A stretch of 64,000 bases of DNA from Minisyncoccota bacterium (GTDB lineage Bacteria; Patescibacteriota; Minisyncoccia; UBA9983), in assembly GCA_041648395.1 (NCBI GenBank), contig JBAZPC010000002.1, positions 29,181 to 93,180 on the forward strand, written 5' to 3'. Below, piece by piece: positions 1-8,919 of the stretch. Numbering within the stretch: the stretch's first letter is position 1; each line of letters starts with the position of its first letter. The notes under the pieces were generated by a model, which searched no databases, was not told the DNA's origin, and saw only the letters and a list, made by a program, of their open reading frames with translations. A program made the translations under genes and the position numbers.

Positions 1-589
1 GCGCGGGAGAAAAATATCTTGCCGGAACTTTTTTGATAATTTTCGGCTCGCCGTATGCTTTAACGCTAATAGAGAGGATTGATTCTTTGCCTGCCCTGAG
101 CGAAGTCGAACGGGCAACCATTCTTTCTGCCACTTCTTTTTGCACCATCAAAACCATTCGCGACGGCTGCTTTGCCCCGAGCGAAGTCGAGGGGTCCCCT
201 TCCAAAAATTTTCGCAAAAAATGCGAGGTGATATAGTAAGGAATATTGGCAACAATCTTGTAGTCAGTAGTCAGCATTGAGTAGTCAGTAAATTTTAATA
301 TATCGCCGTTTATTATTTCTAAATTAGAGTATCCCACTTTCCGGCGATCGCTAGATTTTGGTATACTCTTAAATTTTTCATTCAGATAATCAGCCAGTCG
401 TTCATCTTTTTCAATGGCAATCACTCGTCCTCGCGGCACCGCTTTCAGTAGCGCCTCTGTTAAAATTCCCTTGCCTGGCCCGACTTCCAAAATAATATCA
501 TCCGGCTTTAAATCCGCCGTCTTCATGATGTCAGCGATAATTTTTTTAGAATTAAGAAAATTTTGTCCGAGAAATTTATTCGGCTTCAT
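1..589 (-). CDS. rsmA: 16S rRNA (adenine1518/1519-N6)-dimethyltransferase RsmA/KsgA, N-terminal ~196 aa; gene runs off the window start
   Basis: Own translation of the minus strand from ATG(rc) at 587-589 gives MKPNKFLGQNFL...LEVGPGKGILTEALL (SAM-binding motif) ...NIPYYITS. It is absent from the ORF track because no stop lies in the window. Its ATG overlaps the pcrA stop (ATGA). It contains an in-frame heptamer repeat at 260-292. Confidence 0.75.
   Translation of the reverse strand, partial: MKPNKFLGQNFLNSKKIIADIMKTADLKPDDIILEVGPGKGILTEALLKAVPRGRVIAIEKDERLADYLNEKFKSIPKSSDRRKVGYSNLEIINGDILKFTDYSMLTTDYKIVANIPYYITSHFLRKFLEGDPSTSLGAKQPSRMVLMVQKEVAERMVARSTSLRAGKESILSISVKAYGEPKIIKKVPARYFSPA
260..292. 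repeat. Heptamer tandem repeat (tagtcag/cattgag units; AGTAGTCAGTA family), in frame within ksgA
   Basis: It encodes the TDYSMLTTDYK segment. Confidence 0.8.
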
Positions 590-2514
590 AAAATTTCAAT
601 GATTTCTTCTTCTATTAATTGATTTTCGTTTTTCTCCAACTTCATCAAATGCTCCGGGATGTCCGACAAAAAGCGCGACGGGAGATTCATTTGCCGGCCG
701 CCGAAAATTGTGCGGACAATACTGAACGACAAAAATAATTTTTCCTTGGCGCGCGTGAGCGCGACATAAAATAATCTTCGCTCTTCCTCCTCTTTTTCCG
801 CGTTATTCGCGCCGAAGCCAGAGTGCGGAAATAATCCTTGCTCCATCCCGACAATAAAAACATTTTCAAACTCCAGCCCCTTGGCGGCATGGACGGTCAT
901 CAAACGCGCTCCTTCTTTTTTATTTTTGTCGCCAAAATCCAAATTATCTTGGTCGCTCATTAATGCCGCGTCGGTAATCATTTTTTCCATTCCCAACGGT
1001 GTCTCAAGCGAGTCATAGCGCGAGGCGATACTTACCAATTCCTTTAAGTTCTCCAGCCGTTCTTTGTCGTCATCGCTTCCGTTTTCCAAAAAATCCTGGT
1101 AGTCGGTTTTTTTCATAATAAATTTAACCACTTCCGACGGCCGGCTATTTTCAATCTTTTCTTTTATTTGGTCAAGAACAGCCAGAAAATCCCCTATTTT
1201 TTTCTCCATCTCTATCGGCAGTTTTTTTTGAGCAAAATAATTAAGGATACTCACTTTGCCGATTCCGCGCGGAGGCACATTGATAACCCTTTTGAAATCA
1301 AGGAGGTTGTCGCGATTCAAGGCCGCCCGAATGAAAGAAAAAATATCTTTTACTTCTTTGCGTTCATAAAATCTCGTGCCGAGAACATTGTACGGAATCC
1401 CGCGCTTCAAACATTCTTCCTCAAAAATCCGCGACTGGAAATTCGCCCTGTATAAAACAGCAACCTCCGAAGGTTTAACCTTCGTTTTAATCAGCTCTTT
1501 TATTTTATGAACGACAAATTCCGCCTCCTCTTTCTCGTTCATCGCCTCAAAAAGAGAAATCACCGCGCCTTCTTCGCGGGTGGCAGAAAGTTTTTTCTCC
1601 TTTCTCATTTTATTTTTTTCTATCACTCTTGCCGCCGCCTCCAAGATATTTTTCGTTGAGCGATAATTTTCTTCAAAGACAATAGTTTTAACTTCCGGAA
1701 AATCTCTTTCAAAGTTTATGATGTTTCTGAAGTCCGCTCCCCGCCAACCATAAATCGCCTGGTCAATGTCGCCGATGACGCAAATATTTCTGTGCTTCTC
1801 CGCTAAAATTTTTGAAAGTTCATATTGGCTTTTGTTTGTGTCTTGATATTCGTCAATTAAAATATATTGCCATAAGTTTTGGTAATGGCTTCTCGCCTCT
1901 TTGTCTTTTTTAAAAAGAAGAACGGTTTTTAAAATAAGGTCGTCAAAATCCAACGCCTGATGAGCCTTTAGTTTTTTTTCATATGCATCCCAGATATTGC
2001 TTAATTTTCTCGGGAAAAAATCCCGGCCGGCGATTTCTTCAAAATCCTCGCAGCTTATCAGGTCGCCCTTGTATCTTGAAATCATATTCAGCATTTTATC
2101 CGGTTGAAACTGCTTTGGGTCAATGCCCAATTCTCTGATTGATTCTTTGATGACTTCCAGCGCGTTTTCTTTGTCAAAAATGGAAAAATTTTTGTTTATG
2201 CCCAGGCCTCTCCCGTGATTGCGCAAAATAAAAACCCCAAGGGAGTGGAAGGTGCTGACGAACGGAGTAGTCAGTATTGAGTAGTCAGTAGTCAGTAATT
2301 TATTTATCCTTTCCTTCATCTCGCCCGCCGCCTTGTTGGTGAAAGTGATGGCCAAGATTCGCTCCGGCTCCGTTCCCTGCTCCACCAAATGGGCGACCCG
2401 ATGGGCGATGGCTCTGGTTTTGCCCGCTCCGGCTCCGGCCAAGACAAGCAACGGTCCATTTTTATGCAAGACCGCTTCCTTTTGAGCTTCATTTAGTCCC
2501 TCTAAAAGATTCAT
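586..2514 (-). CDS. pcrA: ATP-dependent DNA helicase PcrA/UvrD family
   Basis: Walker A GAGAGKTR, UvrD motifs (TFHSLG, DEYQDTN, VGDIDQAIYGWRGA) and 642 aa length. It contains an in-frame heptamer repeat at 2266-2298. Confidence 0.9.
   Translation of the reverse strand: MNLLEGLNEAQKEAVLHKNGPLLVLAGAGAGKTRAIAHRVAHLVEQGTEPERILAITFTNKAAGEMKERINKLLTTDYSILTTPFVSTFHSLGVFILRNHGRGLGINKNFSIFDKENALEVIKESIRELGIDPKQFQPDKMLNMISRYKGDLISCEDFEEIAGRDFFPRKLSNIWDAYEKKLKAHQALDFDDLILKTVLLFKKDKEARSHYQNLWQYILIDEYQDTNKSQYELSKILAEKHRNICVIGDIDQAIYGWRGADFRNIINFERDFPEVKTIVFEENYRSTKNILEAAARVIEKNKMRKEKKLSATREEGAVISLFEAMNEKEEAEFVVHKIKELIKTKVKPSEVAVLYRANFQSRIFEEECLKRGIPYNVLGTRFYERKEVKDIFSFIRAALNRDNLLDFKRVINVPPRGIGKVSILNYFAQKKLPIEMEKKIGDFLAVLDQIKEKIENSRPSEVVKFIMKKTDYQDFLENGSDDDKERLENLKELVSIASRYDSLETPLGMEKMITDAALMSDQDNLDFGDKNKKEGARLMTVHAAKGLEFENVFIVGMEQGLFPHSGFGANNAEKEEEERRLFYVALTRAKEKLFLSFSIVRTIFGGRQMNLPSRFLSDIPEHLMKLEKNENQLIEEEIIEIL
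2266..2298. repeat. Heptamer tandem repeat (AGTAGTCAGTA family), in frame within pcrA
   Basis: It encodes the LLTTDYSILTTP segment. Confidence 0.8.
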
Positions 2515-2759
2515 GCGACCATCATAGCACCATTTCCGCTATCCACAGGTTTGTTTTGGCTTGGCTAAAAAGGTTGACTTTTGGGTCGGTTCTGGTAGGA
2601 TAGGAATGTTGTTGAAAGGTTGATATAGAGAGAAATTACCAGTAAACCCTTCATTTTAAACATATTTCTACTAACTCTCAAAGTCCTGCTGACATTCCAA
2701 GTAGCAAGAAGCAGGGCCAAATATCGCAATTTTTTGTTGCCTATGGTGGCTTAGCTCTT

Positions 2760-3740
2760 TTGCTTTTGGCTTTTTTTGTCTTTTCCTCTACGGCTCACGC
2801 TGGCTTTTTTTCTTTTTTAAATAATATCCTTGGTTCAAAAAACCAAGAAAAACCGATTTATAATTCACAAACCGTTTCCCTTTTGGAAGGGTCGCTATCT
2901 CCCGAATCGGGAACAGGCAAAGGCGGAGGAGATATAACAATTGTCAATAATGCCCTTTTGCCCGACTCTGGACCGTTGGGCACTATCGCCGACATAAAAG
3001 ATAGGAGGGCAACGCCCGACCAGATAAGCATTTATGTGGTTAGAAAAGGGGATAACATTTCCGAAATAGCAAAAATGTTTGATGTTTCGGTAAACACTAT
3101 AATTTGGGCAAACAGTTTAGCTTCCGGGGAATCAATAACTCCTGGTCAAATTCTCGTCATTCTTCCTGTTTCTGGCATTCAGTACACGGTCAAAAAAGGC
3201 GACACGGTGAAAAGTATTGCAAAAAAATTAAGCAGTGACATAACAGAAATCCTCCAATATAACGGCTTGGCGATAAACGACAATTTAACTGAAGGCCAAA
3301 CAATAATAATTCCTAACGCAGATTATTCGGAAACGGAAAAAAGCCCGCCTTCCACTCAATCCATAAAACCAAAAATTTCAAACACGCCGTTTTATGCCGG
3401 ATATTATATGAGGCCCATTGAGGAGGGAAGAAGGTCCCAGAAAATTCATGGATACAACGCCGTTGACTTGGCTGATTCATGCGGAACGCCGGTTATGGCC
3501 GCCGCTAGCGGAGATGTTCTTATAGGCAGAGGCACGGGGTGGAATTCCGGATACGGGCATTATATTGTTCTCGTTCATTCGAACGGCACGCAAACTCTCT
3601 ACGCGCACTTGAGCGAAAACATCGCCACGGAAGGATGGCATGTGACGCAAGGACAAATAATTGGCTACATTGGTTCAACTGGCAAGTCAACTGGCTGCCA
3701 TGTCCATTTTGAAATCCGCGGCGCCCAGAATCCGTTTTAA
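2760..3740 (+). CDS. Secreted peptidoglycan hydrolase with two LysM domains and a C-terminal M23 peptidase domain
   Basis: N-terminal signal/TM segment, two LysM-like segments (YVVRKGDNISEIAKMF..., YTVKKGDTVKSIAKKL...), and an M23 motif GYNAVDLA...GHYIVLVHSNGTQTLYAHL...TGCHVHFEIRG. Confidence 0.85.
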   Translation: MLLAFFVFSSTAHAGFFSFLNNILGSKNQEKPIYNSQTVSLLEGSLSPESGTGKGGGDITIVNNALLPDSGPLGTIADIKDRRATPDQISIYVVRKGDNISEIAKMFDVSVNTIIWANSLASGESITPGQILVILPVSGIQYTVKKGDTVKSIAKKLSSDITEILQYNGLAINDNLTEGQTIIIPNADYSETEKSPPSTQSIKPKISNTPFYAGYYMRPIEEGRRSQKIHGYNAVDLADSCGTPVMAAASGDVLIGRGTGWNSGYGHYIVLVHSNGTQTLYAHLSENIATEGWHVTQGQIIGYIGSTGKSTGCHVHFEIRGAQNPF

Positions 3741-3777
3741 GTATTTAACCGACTTACGATGTCGGTTTTAGTTAAAA
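3711..3777 (+). repeat. Cassette boundary repeat R1: ~30-bp core gaaatccgcggcgcccagaatccgttttaa plus hairpin aaccgacttacgatgtcggtt
   Basis: The core overlaps the last 10 codons and stop of the M23 peptidase gene. A related core recurs at 4769-4798 and 5324-5353, and the hairpin recurs at 5352-5372. Confidence 0.8.
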
Positions 3778-3780
3778 TTT

Positions 3781-4770
3781 ATGAAAAAACGAAATCAAGC
3801 ACAAACAGGCATTGCCCTTATAGAAATCGTCTTAACAATAATGATAATTACTGTAATTGGTGGAATCATTTATTTTTATTGGCAGAAAAATATAAATTAT
3901 ACAGAAATTCAACAAATAGAAAGTCAGCAACAAGCCGTGCAACAGAAATTCGAATGCAATTTATCACCGAAAGAAAATTACATTATAGTTAATGGTAAAG
4001 TAAATTTCCCTCGTGGTATTAAAAACTATACTGATTACGAAATCGTTGTTGCATCCGATACATACAAAATTTCTCTGGATGGCAATTTTTGTGCAAGTGT
4101 TCCTAATGGAGTTTTTATAATTGGAGTGTCTTCGAGTAACGAAAATGATTTTTCTTTACTTTCTGTGATTGTCTCAGAAAAAGATACTGATATCATTATT
4201 AACTCTAAAACAACAGCAGTTGGATTACTTTTTACAACACCTTATTTTCTAAACAACGACCCGGTTAAGGCAACTGAAATTATTAAACAGATAGAAAATA
4301 ATTCAAAAGTAAAAATATTATCCGACCAAATTGAAAACAAGGAAACATTATCTATTAATGATATTGAAAACAGGCCAATATCCGACGCATTTAAAAACGC
4401 TCTGAACTCTGTATTGGGGACAAAAAACGATAACAATAATTCTAAAATTCAACCCCAGGTCATAAATTTTGAAATGACCATAAAACCAGCAAATTATTAC
4501 AAAAACCAAAAAGGAGAAAGTTACATTTATGGGAAACTTATTGACTTAGATAAAAATGCACAAATTGAATTTAAAAAATATCTTGCAACGAAATATTTCG
4601 ATGTAGGATCTAGCCAAATTAGAGTTGACATAATAAACGATACTAAATTTCTGGGCAAACAACCACTTGATGACTACAATAACTTCGAGGTTAAAATTAA
4701 AGGCTATATTATAAGTATAAACGATATTGATAAAGTGCGCATTATTGCTAACGAAATTTTTGTATTTTGA
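3781..4770 (+). CDS. Type IV pilin/pseudopilin-like protein (prepilin-type N-terminal hydrophobic segment)
   Basis: The N-terminus MKKRNQAQTGIALIEIVLTIMIITVIGG resembles the prepilin cleavage/methylation segment. The rest is Asn/Ser-rich and extracellular-like. Confidence 0.5.
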   Translation: MKKRNQAQTGIALIEIVLTIMIITVIGGIIYFYWQKNINYTEIQQIESQQQAVQQKFECNLSPKENYIIVNGKVNFPRGIKNYTDYEIVVASDTYKISLDGNFCASVPNGVFIIGVSSSNENDFSLLSVIVSEKDTDIIINSKTTAVGLLFTTPYFLNNDPVKATEIIKQIENNSKVKILSDQIENKETLSINDIENRPISDAFKNALNSVLGTKNDNNNSKIQPQVINFEMTIKPANYYKNQKGESYIYGKLIDLDKNAQIEFKKYLATKYFDVGSSQIRVDIINDTKFLGKQPLDDYNNFEVKIKGYIISINDIDKVRIIANEIFVF

Positions 4771-4798
4771 AATCCGTGGAGCAAAGAACCCGTTTTAG
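4769..4798 (+). repeat. Cassette boundary repeat R2 (core only): gaaatccgtggagcaaagaacccgttttag
   Basis: About 75% identical to the R1 and R3 cores. The pilin-like gene's stop codon TGA lies inside it. No hairpin follows. Confidence 0.7.
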
Positions 4799-4836
4799 TT
4801 TGATTTTTAATTTAAGCGTGGTATCATCATCGCTAT

Positions 4837-5070
4837 ATGGTCACCATTACCATTCCTCAAAAACTAATAAAAAACGACGACCTAATAATCATTCCTCGCA
4901 AAGAGTATGAAAAGCTTTTCCGTGTTTTTAAAGGGAAAAAACTTACTCCGCTTGACCGAAATTTAGACGAGGCGATTTCAGAATATAAAGCTGGAAAAAG
5001 TTTTGGCCCATTTACCACCGCCGAACAAGGTATCAAATTTCTTAAAAGTCACAGAGCCAAGAGAAAATAA
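4837..5070 (+). CDS. Putative antitoxin (AbrB/MazE-like swapped-hairpin N-terminus) of the RelE/ParE module
   Basis: 77 aa with VTITIPQKLIKNDDLIIIPRKEYEKL, an AbrB/MazE-like beta-hairpin pattern. It ends 3 bp before the RelE-like gene. Confidence 0.45.
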   Translation: MVTITIPQKLIKNDDLIIIPRKEYEKLFRVFKGKKLTPLDRNLDEAISEYKAGKSFGPFTTAEQGIKFLKSHRAKRK

Positions 5071-5073
5071 AAA

Positions 5074-5319
5074 ATGAAACATATTTTTCTTGAACGCTTT
5101 GTAAGGCAACTGGAAAGTTTCCCAATTGATACACAAAATAAATTTTATAAACAATTAAATTTTCTGTTAAATAATATTCGCCACCCATCGCTTCACGCCA
5201 AGAAATATGACGAAACGAAGGGTATCTGGCAAGCAAGAGTGGATAAAAATATCAGATTTTATTTTCAAATTGACGGCGAGACTTATATATTACTTGGGGT
5301 AGAACGCCATAAGAAATAA
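5074..5319 (+). CDS. RelE/ParE-family type II toxin (mRNA interferase)
   Basis: 81 aa with HPSLHAKKYDETKGIWQARVDKNIRFYFQIDGETYILLGVERH, typical RelE/ParE superfamily core, immediately downstream of a small partner ORF. Confidence 0.65.
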   Translation: MKHIFLERFVRQLESFPIDTQNKFYKQLNFLLNNIRHPSLHAKKYDETKGIWQARVDKNIRFYFQIDGETYILLGVERHKK

Positions 5320-5323
5320 ATTA

Positions 5324-5372
5324 GAAATCTGCGGCACCCGAAATCCGTTTTAACCGACTTACGATATCGGTT
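5324..5372 (+). repeat. Cassette boundary repeat R3: core gaaatctgcggcacccgaaatccgttttaa plus hairpin aaccgacttacgatatcggtt
   Basis: Third copy of the core plus hairpin, directly after the RelE gene stop. Translated it reads LEICGTRNPF*, mimicking the M23 C-terminus FEIRGAQNPF*. Confidence 0.8.
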
Positions 5373-5384
5373 CTAAATTAAATA

Positions 5385-5660
5385 ATGAAAAATAATTCTG
5401 TTAAATTTAATGATGGCTGGTGTTTTGCTACAGTAAATGGGCGTTTAGCTGAAATTTATTTTGATAAAAAACGTGGAATTTTTGCACACTGCTATATAGA
5501 CAAAAAAGAATACAACAAATCAGAACAAAAAATGATTGCTTCGGATATTAAAAAATATAAATTTGTTTATAGAAATGGATATTATTTTGATAAAATACAG
5601 AAAGTAAAACACAAAAAAGTTAGCATCTATAAAATTTTTCCAGAGATTAGAAAAATATAA
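5385..5660 (+). CDS. Hypothetical protein (91 aa), last ORF of the cassette array
   Basis: ORF starting 12 bp after the R3 hairpin. No recognisable motif. Confidence 0.3.
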   Translation: MKNNSVKFNDGWCFATVNGRLAEIYFDKKRGIFAHCYIDKKEYNKSEQKMIASDIKKYKFVYRNGYYFDKIQKVKHKKVSIYKIFPEIRKI

Positions 5661-5675
5661 AAAATTACTCAATTT

Positions 5676-7214
5676 TTACTTCGGCCGGTATTGCAATGCT
5701 TCTAAAATGTGTTTTTCTTGAATTTCTTCGGCACCCTCTAAGTCGGCGATGGTGCGCGCCAGCTTGATGACGCGATGGTAGGCCCGACCGGAAAGGTCAA
5801 GCCGTTTGGCGGCTTGGTTTAAAATGTTGGTCACACTATCTGAAAGCGGGCAAAATTTTTTCAGATCTCTGACTCCCATCTCGCTATTAGTTAAAATTTT
5901 CATACTTTTCCCGCCCTTGGCGGAAAATCTTTCACCTTGAATTTTTCTCGCCTTTATCACCCTTTCTTGAATTGCCTTTGACGGCTCGCCTGAAATTTTT
6001 TCGTCCGACAATTTTTCATGCTCCACCTGCGGCACTTCCAGCCATAAATCAATCCTGTCCAAAATCGGGCCGGAGACCTTTCTGGAATAACGCATCAAAG
6101 AACCCTGCGAACAAACGCAAGGTTTTGTTTTTGAATTCAGATTTCCGCAGGGACAGGGATTCATGGCGCAAATGAGAATGAAACGCGCCGGAAAGGTGAG
6201 CGACTCTTTGGCGCGGGAAATGTTTATAACACCGTCTTCTAGCGGCTGACGCAGGGCCTCAATCACCCGCCTTTCAAATTCCGGGAACTCATCAAGAAAC
6301 AAAACACCGCGGTGGCTAAGAGTAATTTCGCCCGGCCGCGGATAAGTTCCTCCGCCGACCAACGCCACATAAGATGAAGTATGATGCGGACTGCGAAACG
6401 GCCTCTCGCTCAAAAAATCTTCCTGCAACGCGCCGGCCACACTGTGAATCAAGGTCGTTTCCAAAACTTCCTCAAAAGAAAAAGGAGGCAGAATGGCGGC
6501 GAGCGCCTTGGCCAACATGGTCTTCCCTGTGCCGGCGGGACCGACCATTAGAACATTATGTCCGCCGGCGGCGGCGATTTCCAAACCGCGCTTGGCGCTC
6601 TCTTGCCCTTTGATGTCAGAAAAATCAAAATTTATTTCTTCAATTAAGTCCTTAAAATCAATTTGCGTTTCCGGTTGTTCGTTAAGATTAAAATCTTTTT
6701 TGCTGTCCAAATGATTTACTATTTCACTTAATGAATCGCAGCCGAAAATTTTTATTCCTCTCACAAGGGCGGCCTCCTTCGTATTTTTATTCGGCACAAA
6801 AATTTCTCCAAAGCCCTGTTTCTGGGCGTATTTTACCAAAGCCAAAGTTCCTTTGACGGGCCGAATCGCTCCGTCAAGCGCCAGTTCGCCGAGAAAAATT
6901 TTTCCGTTCACGTCAAAAGAAATTTGTTTTGAGGCGAGAAGATAAGCCAAAGCGATGGCTAAGTCAAAAACCGGCCCTTCTTTTTTCAAGTCGGCCGGCG
7001 CTAGAGAAATCGTCACTCTTTGATTTTTCTTTTGCGGAGAAACGAATCCGGAATTTTTGATGGCCGCTGAAATTCTGTCTTTTGATTCTTCCACCGCCTT
7101 GTCCGGAAGGCCGACGACGGAAAAAGAATGCAAACCCTGCATCAAATCAACTTCAACTTCTATAATATTGGCTTTTAGACCTGTAACTTGGGCGGAGTAA
7201 ACTTTAACAGCCAT
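5676..7214 (-). CDS. comM: YifB/ComM family Mg-chelatase-like AAA+ ATPase
   Basis: N-terminal Lon-like domain, Walker A GPAGTGKT, and a ChlI-like core with MNPCPCG arginine finger/zinc region. 512 aa. Confidence 0.85.
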   Translation of the reverse strand: MAVKVYSAQVTGLKANIIEVEVDLMQGLHSFSVVGLPDKAVEESKDRISAAIKNSGFVSPQKKNQRVTISLAPADLKKEGPVFDLAIALAYLLASKQISFDVNGKIFLGELALDGAIRPVKGTLALVKYAQKQGFGEIFVPNKNTKEAALVRGIKIFGCDSLSEIVNHLDSKKDFNLNEQPETQIDFKDLIEEINFDFSDIKGQESAKRGLEIAAAGGHNVLMVGPAGTGKTMLAKALAAILPPFSFEEVLETTLIHSVAGALQEDFLSERPFRSPHHTSSYVALVGGGTYPRPGEITLSHRGVLFLDEFPEFERRVIEALRQPLEDGVINISRAKESLTFPARFILICAMNPCPCGNLNSKTKPCVCSQGSLMRYSRKVSGPILDRIDLWLEVPQVEHEKLSDEKISGEPSKAIQERVIKARKIQGERFSAKGGKSMKILTNSEMGVRDLKKFCPLSDSVTNILNQAAKRLDLSGRAYHRVIKLARTIADLEGAEEIQEKHILEALQYRPK

Positions 7215-7219
7215 CGAAA

Positions 7220-7600
7220 TTATTTTTTCTTCGCGTGCTTAATGCAATTTTTGGCGGACGGGTTCGCCTCCAATCTGTCTTCTTCAATCTGTTCGCCCCC
7301 TGTTTCGCAAATCCCAAATTTTCCATTTTTTATTTTTTCCAACGCCTCATTAATAAAAGTGAGCTGGCTTTCAAGCTTGTCTTCAATAGCTGCCCTGTTT
7401 TCCAATTGCTCAAAGGCGTCCGCCAATTCGTTCTTGTCCGCGGTCATGACGTTCATATCGGCCATGGTCAGTTCCCAATCGCCCGCTATCTTCGGATTTT
7501 TCTGTCCGACATGAGAAAGGGCCTCCTCCAGGTCTTTTTTTCTCTTCTCTAGTTTTCCTTTAAAATATTCGGTTTTCTGTTTTGACAACATTTGTTTCAA
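7220..7600 (-). CDS. DksA/TraR-family protein with a degenerate C4 zinc finger
   Basis: Coiled-coil N-terminus and a C-terminal CETGGEQIEEDRLEANPSAKNC segment resembling the DksA/TraR zinc-finger region with only 2 Cys. Confidence 0.45.
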   Translation of the reverse strand: MKQMLSKQKTEYFKGKLEKRKKDLEEALSHVGQKNPKIAGDWELTMADMNVMTADKNELADAFEQLENRAAIEDKLESQLTFINEALEKIKNGKFGICETGGEQIEEDRLEANPSAKNCIKHAKKK

Positions 7601-7630
7601 ATAATAACAGAATGAATTTCAATTGCAAAT

Positions 7631-8497
7631 TTACTGATTCAGATATTGGGGCAGCGCAAAACGTCTGATAATTTCTTCCAAGGCATCTTCTCCAGAAGAC
7701 ACGACAAGATAATCTCTATTTATGAAAGAATAGGAAATAACAGGGATGCCCGACGAGCCGTTCAAAACTCTGGCGTCATGATTTCTTATTACTTTGTCCG
7801 TAAAAGAACTCATGGCCGAAACAATGTCCTTTATCATAAAAATGTCTTTTAAATTGTCAGCCATATTTTCTTCCCATTTCATCATTGAAATAAAAGCTTT
7901 TTCATATGATTTTATTTTGAAAATCAAAGATGGCTGATTATTGTAAACGCTCAACATAAAACTTCCTTCAAAAATATCGGCCGTGTCGCCCGGAAAGGCG
8001 ACGCCAAAATTATCAAACAACTCTTTTGTCGTCGCTAATCTTTTTGTCTGCCCGCCTTCTTTGATGATAGCAATATAGAGGAGTTTGTTTTCTTTGACCG
8101 GCTCTTTGACAATACCCAAAATACTACCAAGAGTTGTTTCTTTTTCAAAATCAGAAATCAGAACCGGCTTAGGCAAAGAAACAACCGGCTGTACAACTTT
8201 TTTCCCGCCAAAAATCGCAAAGCCGCCAATCACCGCGCCGATAATAATTAAAACAGCTCCGGCCAAAATTATGTTTCTTTTGGTAAGAAGGGAAGCGCTT
8301 GGAGCAGCGAAAGAGCCGAAGCCCCTTTTTACCTGCGCCGCCGCCACGTCAACCATGGAAATGCCTTCATCTTTTATGTACTGCGAACTATCGGACTTAA
8401 ACGTCCGCAAAACCGGCAGACCTGTTTGCGCAGATGAGTCCGCTTGTTTAGAACCTCCTTCTTCTGTTGTTGTTTTCTCTTCTGGGAGCATGATCAA
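7631..8497 (-). CDS. Membrane-anchored hypothetical protein
   Basis: Single TM helix (IILAGAVLIIIGAVIGGFAIFGG). No known motif. Confidence 0.35.
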   Translation of the reverse strand: MIMLPEEKTTTEEGGSKQADSSAQTGLPVLRTFKSDSSQYIKDEGISMVDVAAAQVKRGFGSFAAPSASLLTKRNIILAGAVLIIIGAVIGGFAIFGGKKVVQPVVSLPKPVLISDFEKETTLGSILGIVKEPVKENKLLYIAIIKEGGQTKRLATTKELFDNFGVAFPGDTADIFEGSFMLSVYNNQPSLIFKIKSYEKAFISMMKWEENMADNLKDIFMIKDIVSAMSSFTDKVIRNHDARVLNGSSGIPVISYSFINRDYLVVSSGEDALEEIIRRFALPQYLNQ

Positions 8498-8919
8498 AAT
8501 AATGGGTCTTGCGACTTTAAATATTTTTCCGCTTTTTGTATAACCATTTTAACAAAATTCAAATAATCGCTGGCCTCTTTATTGGAAATTATTATTCCGC
8601 CTTCATATAAATCTAGATTTCTTTTCCTTCTCATTTTGTCGCCTATTATTCCCACATTTTTATCGTTCAAAATTATAGATAATTTCTCTAAAATTTTAAC
8701 ATGGTGGCCCTTTCTGCTTTTAATCCTGTGGCCATGCAACGCTATTAAAGCAATGCCTATTTTTATTAGGGCATTATACGAGAAATTAAAAATCACCTCC
8801 TCTTTTTTATTTTTGGCGGCAATATGAAAATCTTTCAACGCGTTGCTAAAATATTTAGAGATTATTTTCTTGTCAAATTTATTTTTCTGGAAAAATCTTG
8901 AGTCAAAACTTATGTTCAT
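8494..8919 (-). CDS. HEPN-domain protein (toxin-like half of a HEPN/MNT pair)
   Basis: 141 aa helical protein with a 4-bp overlap to the upstream nucleotidyltransferase gene. The arrangement is typical of HEPN/MNT modules, but the R-x4-6-H motif is not clear-cut. Confidence 0.5.
   Translation of the reverse strand: MNISFDSRFFQKNKFDKKIISKYFSNALKDFHIAAKNKKEEVIFNFSYNALIKIGIALIALHGHRIKSRKGHHVKILEKLSIILNDKNVGIIGDKMRRKRNLDLYEGGIIISNKEASDYLNFVKMVIQKAEKYLKSQDPLF

Noticed and set aside
33-236. Plus-strand 67-aa ORF at the window start.
   Set aside because: It lies entirely inside the minus-strand ksgA reading frame, which has clear methyltransferase motifs, so it is spurious.
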